A stretch of 36,470 bases of DNA from a virus. The stretch lies in IMG/VR virus record IMGVR_UViG_3300029868_000028; one strand, written 5' to 3'. Shown piece after piece: positions 34,365 to 36,470 of this stretch (the stretch's first letter is position 1; each line of letters opens with the position of its first letter). The notes under the pieces were generated by a model, which was not told the DNA's origin, ran no database searches, and worked only from the letters and a program-made list of their open reading frames with translations. The position numbers and the translations under genes are program-made.

Positions 34365-34971
34365 AGTTGAGTACCTAAAGTTAGCTTTAGAGATAAATGA
34401 GGTTCAAGCTGATTTATTGAATGATTTAATTAGTGATATTCCGAATGAAAAATTAAAAGAGTTTTTAGTTTTTAGAATGAATTATGTACAACCAATGATG
34501 AGTAAAGAGCTGATAACTAAAACAGCACTCTTTGATTTTAAAAGAAAACTTGTAGAAACTCAGCTAAGAGCTGGTGTAAATGTTTTTAAAGATATTTATG
34601 AAGTTAAAGAGTTTCTTTTGACATTTTACAAGGGTAAAGAAGTTGCTAATGGTGCTGGTAATTATTATGACTTTGTAGTTATAGCAATGGATAAAGATGG
34701 TGAACTTATAAACAAATATGTACAAAATGAACACGGTACATATAAAAAACTTAGCAATGATGAGACTGGTACAGTGTTGACATGGTTGTTTAATAAGCAG
34801 CATAGAATAGGTGTTGTTGAATATGTACCTTATTATAATCCGGATGAAGCTAAACAGCTACAACACACCCAAGCAGCTAAGCTTGAAAAACTTGTTTTAG
34901 AACAACCTACAGACACTAAAGTAAATTCAATGCTTAGTGATTTAACTTTTAAAATTAAAGTGAGTTCGTAA
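34357..34971 (+). CDS. Hypothetical protein in the replication module
   Basis: It is coupled to the initiator gene. No family was recognised. Confidence 0.35.
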   Translation: MNRVEYLKLALEINEVQADLLNDLISDIPNEKLKEFLVFRMNYVQPMMSKELITKTALFDFKRKLVETQLRAGVNVFKDIYEVKEFLLTFYKGKEVANGAGNYYDFVVIAMDKDGELINKYVQNEHGTYKKLSNDETGTVLTWLFNKQHRIGVVEYVPYYNPDEAKQLQHTQAAKLEKLVLEQPTDTKVNSMLSDLTFKIKVSS

Positions 34972-35105
34972 TGACTGGATTTTTAAAAGGTCGTGCAATT
35001 AGTCAAGTTGATAAACTCTTGATTGATGGTAAAGAATATACAAAAGAAGATATTTTAAAAATGATAATAAACTCTAAAATTTCGCCGGCGAAAAAACAAA
35101 AATGA
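34971..35105 (+). CDS. Small hypothetical ORF (44 aa) containing one TTTCGCCGGCGAAA palindrome
   Basis: Its ATG overlaps the preceding stop (TAATG). It is absent from the supplied ORF track, presumably because of its size. Confidence 0.3.
   Translation: MTGFLKGRAISQVDKLLIDGKEYTKEDILKMIINSKISPAKKQK
35080..35093. repeat. 14-bp palindrome TTTCGCCGGCGAAA, copy 4 (in small ORF 34971..35105)
   Basis: Read directly from the sequence. Confidence 0.9.
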
Positions 35106-35156
35106 TTAGATTGGTAATTTTAATGAATTTTGATAAAATTATAAACTTAAAAGGAA

Positions 35157-35387
35157 ATGGATATGAAAGAAAAGAATATAGTAAAAGAGGTGTGTGCCGA
35201 ACTTGGAATAAGTCAAGCCGAATTATCAAGAGTGTTAGAAGTCAGTCAACCCACTATATCAGAGTGGAACAAGGGAAAAATACCAAAAATGGCACAAATG
35301 GCATTAGAACTTATGATAGAGAACAAAAAACAAAAAGGACAATTAGAAAATATAAAGAATTTTTACAAAACACTTCAAGAAATCTAA
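35157..35387 (+). CDS. XRE/Cro-like HTH protein
   Basis: VCAELGISQAELSRVLEVSQPTISEWNKGKIPK is present. Confidence 0.65.
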   Translation: MDMKEKNIVKEVCAELGISQAELSRVLEVSQPTISEWNKGKIPKMAQMALELMIENKKQKGQLENIKNFYKTLQEI

Positions 35388-35426
35388 TAAAATATCAATA
35401 TTTATTTAGAAAACTAAATGAAACTA

Positions 35427-35455
35427 TTGACAATCTTCTAAAATCAGAATACAAT
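35427..35455 (+). promoter_or_regulatory. Near-consensus sigma70 promoter TTGACA-17-TACAAT, bracketed by two TTTAGAAAACTAAA palindromes (35405..35418, 35468..35481)
   Basis: Read directly from the sequence. Confidence 0.55.
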
Positions 35456-35491
35456 ACACCCAAACAGTTTAGAAAACTAAAGGGGTATATC

Positions 35492-35668
35492 ATGCAAGTT
35501 CTATCAAAATCAACAAAAACAATACTCAAAGATATAAAATTAAAAAGTTCTATCGTCTTTGACATTCAGAGAATTTCTAATCAGTTAGGTGTATCTCAAA
35601 ATATATTTATGCAAACAATCTTAGAAACTGAGATTGAGAACTATGCTAAATTATTAAAGATGAGGTAA
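35492..35668 (+). CDS. Small RHH-like protein, paralog of 4244..4450
   Basis: ATG 35492 has an AAAGGGG RBS. The C-terminal 25 aa closely match the 4244 protein. Confidence 0.5.
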   Translation: MQVLSKSTKTILKDIKLKSSIVFDIQRISNQLGVSQNIFMQTILETEIENYAKLLKMR

Positions 35669-35675
35669 CCAATTT

Positions 35676-36185
35676 ATGAAAAAACATAAATTAATTACTC
35701 ATGGTCTATCCTCACATCCACTTTATAAAGTCTATTACAGTATAAAAAGTAGATGTTATTTATCAACAGATACAGCCTACCATTATTATGGTGGTCGTGG
35801 AATAGTTATGTGTCAAGAATGGAAAAATAGCTTTATATCTTTTTATGACTGGTGTATAACAAATGGCTGGGTTAAAGGGCTAGATATTGATAGAAGAGAG
35901 AATGATGAAAATTATGAACCAGCAAACTGTAGATTAGTAGAAAGAAAAATTAATACAAGAAATAAAAGAAAAATACAATCAAATAATACTACTGGCTACA
36001 GAGGTGTAACAAAAATCATAAAAATATATAAAAGCAAAAAATACATATATTTTGTAGCAAATATTACAGTAAATAATAAAAAGATTTATTTAGGAAATTT
36101 TAAAACACCACTTCTAGCTGCTAGAACTTATGACAAATATGCCACTGATAATAATCTTGAACATACAAGGAATTTTAGTGATTAA
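35676..36185 (+). CDS. AP2-domain DNA-binding protein (phage type)
   Basis: The C-terminus has GYRGV...YIYFVANITVNNKKIYLGNFKTPLLAARTYDKYA. The N-terminus has LYKVYYSIKSRCY...YYGGRGIVMCQEW...DIDRRENDENYEPANCR. Confidence 0.6.
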   Translation: MKKHKLITHGLSSHPLYKVYYSIKSRCYLSTDTAYHYYGGRGIVMCQEWKNSFISFYDWCITNGWVKGLDIDRRENDENYEPANCRLVERKINTRNKRKIQSNNTTGYRGVTKIIKIYKSKKYIYFVANITVNNKKIYLGNFKTPLLAARTYDKYATDNNLEHTRNFSD

Positions 36186-36470
36186 TTCTAGTCGATATGG
36201 GTACAAAGTACAGCTATACCATTTAAAAGATGGAGATATTACTTATTATATAGTTTATAAAGATGGTCAAGAAAGATACTGCAAGAAAATAGGTAGAAAA
36301 TCTGATGGTATTACTGAAAAAAAATGTATAGACCTTAGAAGCCAAATATTAAGTGAACAAAGACATGGTGTTGACCTAAGCCAAAAGAGTTTCAAACATC
36401 TAACTTTTGATAAATTAGCTGAGAGATATTTTTCAAGCCTTGAACTATCTAGCCAAAAGAGATACCAGCA
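36178..36470 (+). CDS. int: Integrase 1, N-terminal portion (continues at base 1 after circularisation)
   Basis: The same frame is open from GTG 36178 (alternative ATG 36130) through the repeat into 1..903. It encodes ...GYKVQLYHLKDGDITYYIVYKDG..., resembling the N-terminal arm-binding region of integrase 2. The exact start is uncertain. Confidence 0.6.
   Translation, partial: MINSSRYGYKVQLYHLKDGDITYYIVYKDGQERYCKKIGRKSDGITEKKCIDLRSQILSEQRHGVDLSQKSFKHLTFDKLAERYFSSLELSSQKRYQ
36352..36470. repeat. Terminal direct repeat, right copy (identical to 1..119)
   Basis: Base-by-base identity read directly. Confidence 0.95.

Larger units (their letters stand above)
1..36470. mobile_element. Complete circularly permuted temperate phage / phage-plasmid genome (unique length about 36351 bp)
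   Basis: The window holds full head, tail, lysis, lysogeny, replication and partition modules. The ends are an exact 119-bp direct overlap. Confidence 0.85.

Noticed and set aside
35102-35491. 5' two-thirds of the 188-aa ORF 35102..35668
   Set aside because: It overlaps the clear HTH gene 35157..35387 in another frame, and its K/R/N-rich translation is typical of out-of-frame reading of AT-rich DNA. It also spans a strong promoter. Only the 3' part from ATG 35492 (good RBS, paralog of 4244..4450) is accepted.
35795-35806. 10-nt match GGTGGTCGTG to the DGR IMH-like sequence inside the AP2-domain gene (YYGGRGI)
   Set aside because: There is no upstream homology to the TR and no adenine-mismatch pattern. 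It is a short chance match, not a third VR.
1-36470. CRISPR arrays, rRNA genes, IS/transposase genes
   Set aside because: None was seen. The only regularly spaced repeats are the four origin iterons and the integrase arm-type repeats, and neither has CRISPR-like spacer architecture.

Overview
The window appears to be one complete, circularly permuted temperate phage or phage-plasmid genome of about 36.35 kb. Bases 1..119 are identical to 36352..36470, and a tyrosine-integrase ORF reads through that junction. The sequence is visibly AT-rich.

Gene order:
- Lambda-type packaging and head module: putative small terminase, GpA-family large terminase, gpW-like protein, lambda-family portal, and a fused prohead protease/HK97-type major capsid.
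- P2-type contractile tail and baseplate: gpV, W, J, I, fibre, sheath, tube, E/E' with a T6G slippery site, tape measure, U, X, D.
- Lysis cassette: amidase, holin-like protein, spanin-like pair.
- A complete tRNA(CAU) next to a second integrase, with an excisionase-like gene nearby.
- ParA/ParB partition operon.
- CI(S24)/Cro/CII-like immunity region.
- Lambda-O-like replication gene carrying four internal iterons.

The main finding is a diversity-generating retroelement (DGR) inside the tail-fibre module: target gene, Avd, template repeat (TR), reverse transcriptase. Its 111-bp TR matches two variable regions with mismatches almost only at TR adenines.
- VR1 lies at the 3' end of the adjacent fibre-tip gene.
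- VR2 lies about 13 kb away on the opposite strand, in a paralogous gene that lacks the N-terminal about 50-60 aa. That gene sits in the par/early operon, has a perfect DGR-type hairpin after its VR, and has a G10 homopolymer tract upstream.

Other unexplained signals:
- A 14-bp GC-rich palindrome, TTTCGCCGGCGAAA, occurs four times inside unrelated genes.
- An 18-mer is shared by two inserted gene cassettes.
- The par promoter and the immunity switch share an operator-like element.
- A DUF736-like protein carries an SSB-type acidic tail.

All calls come from reading the sequence and ORF translations by eye. No database searches were run.
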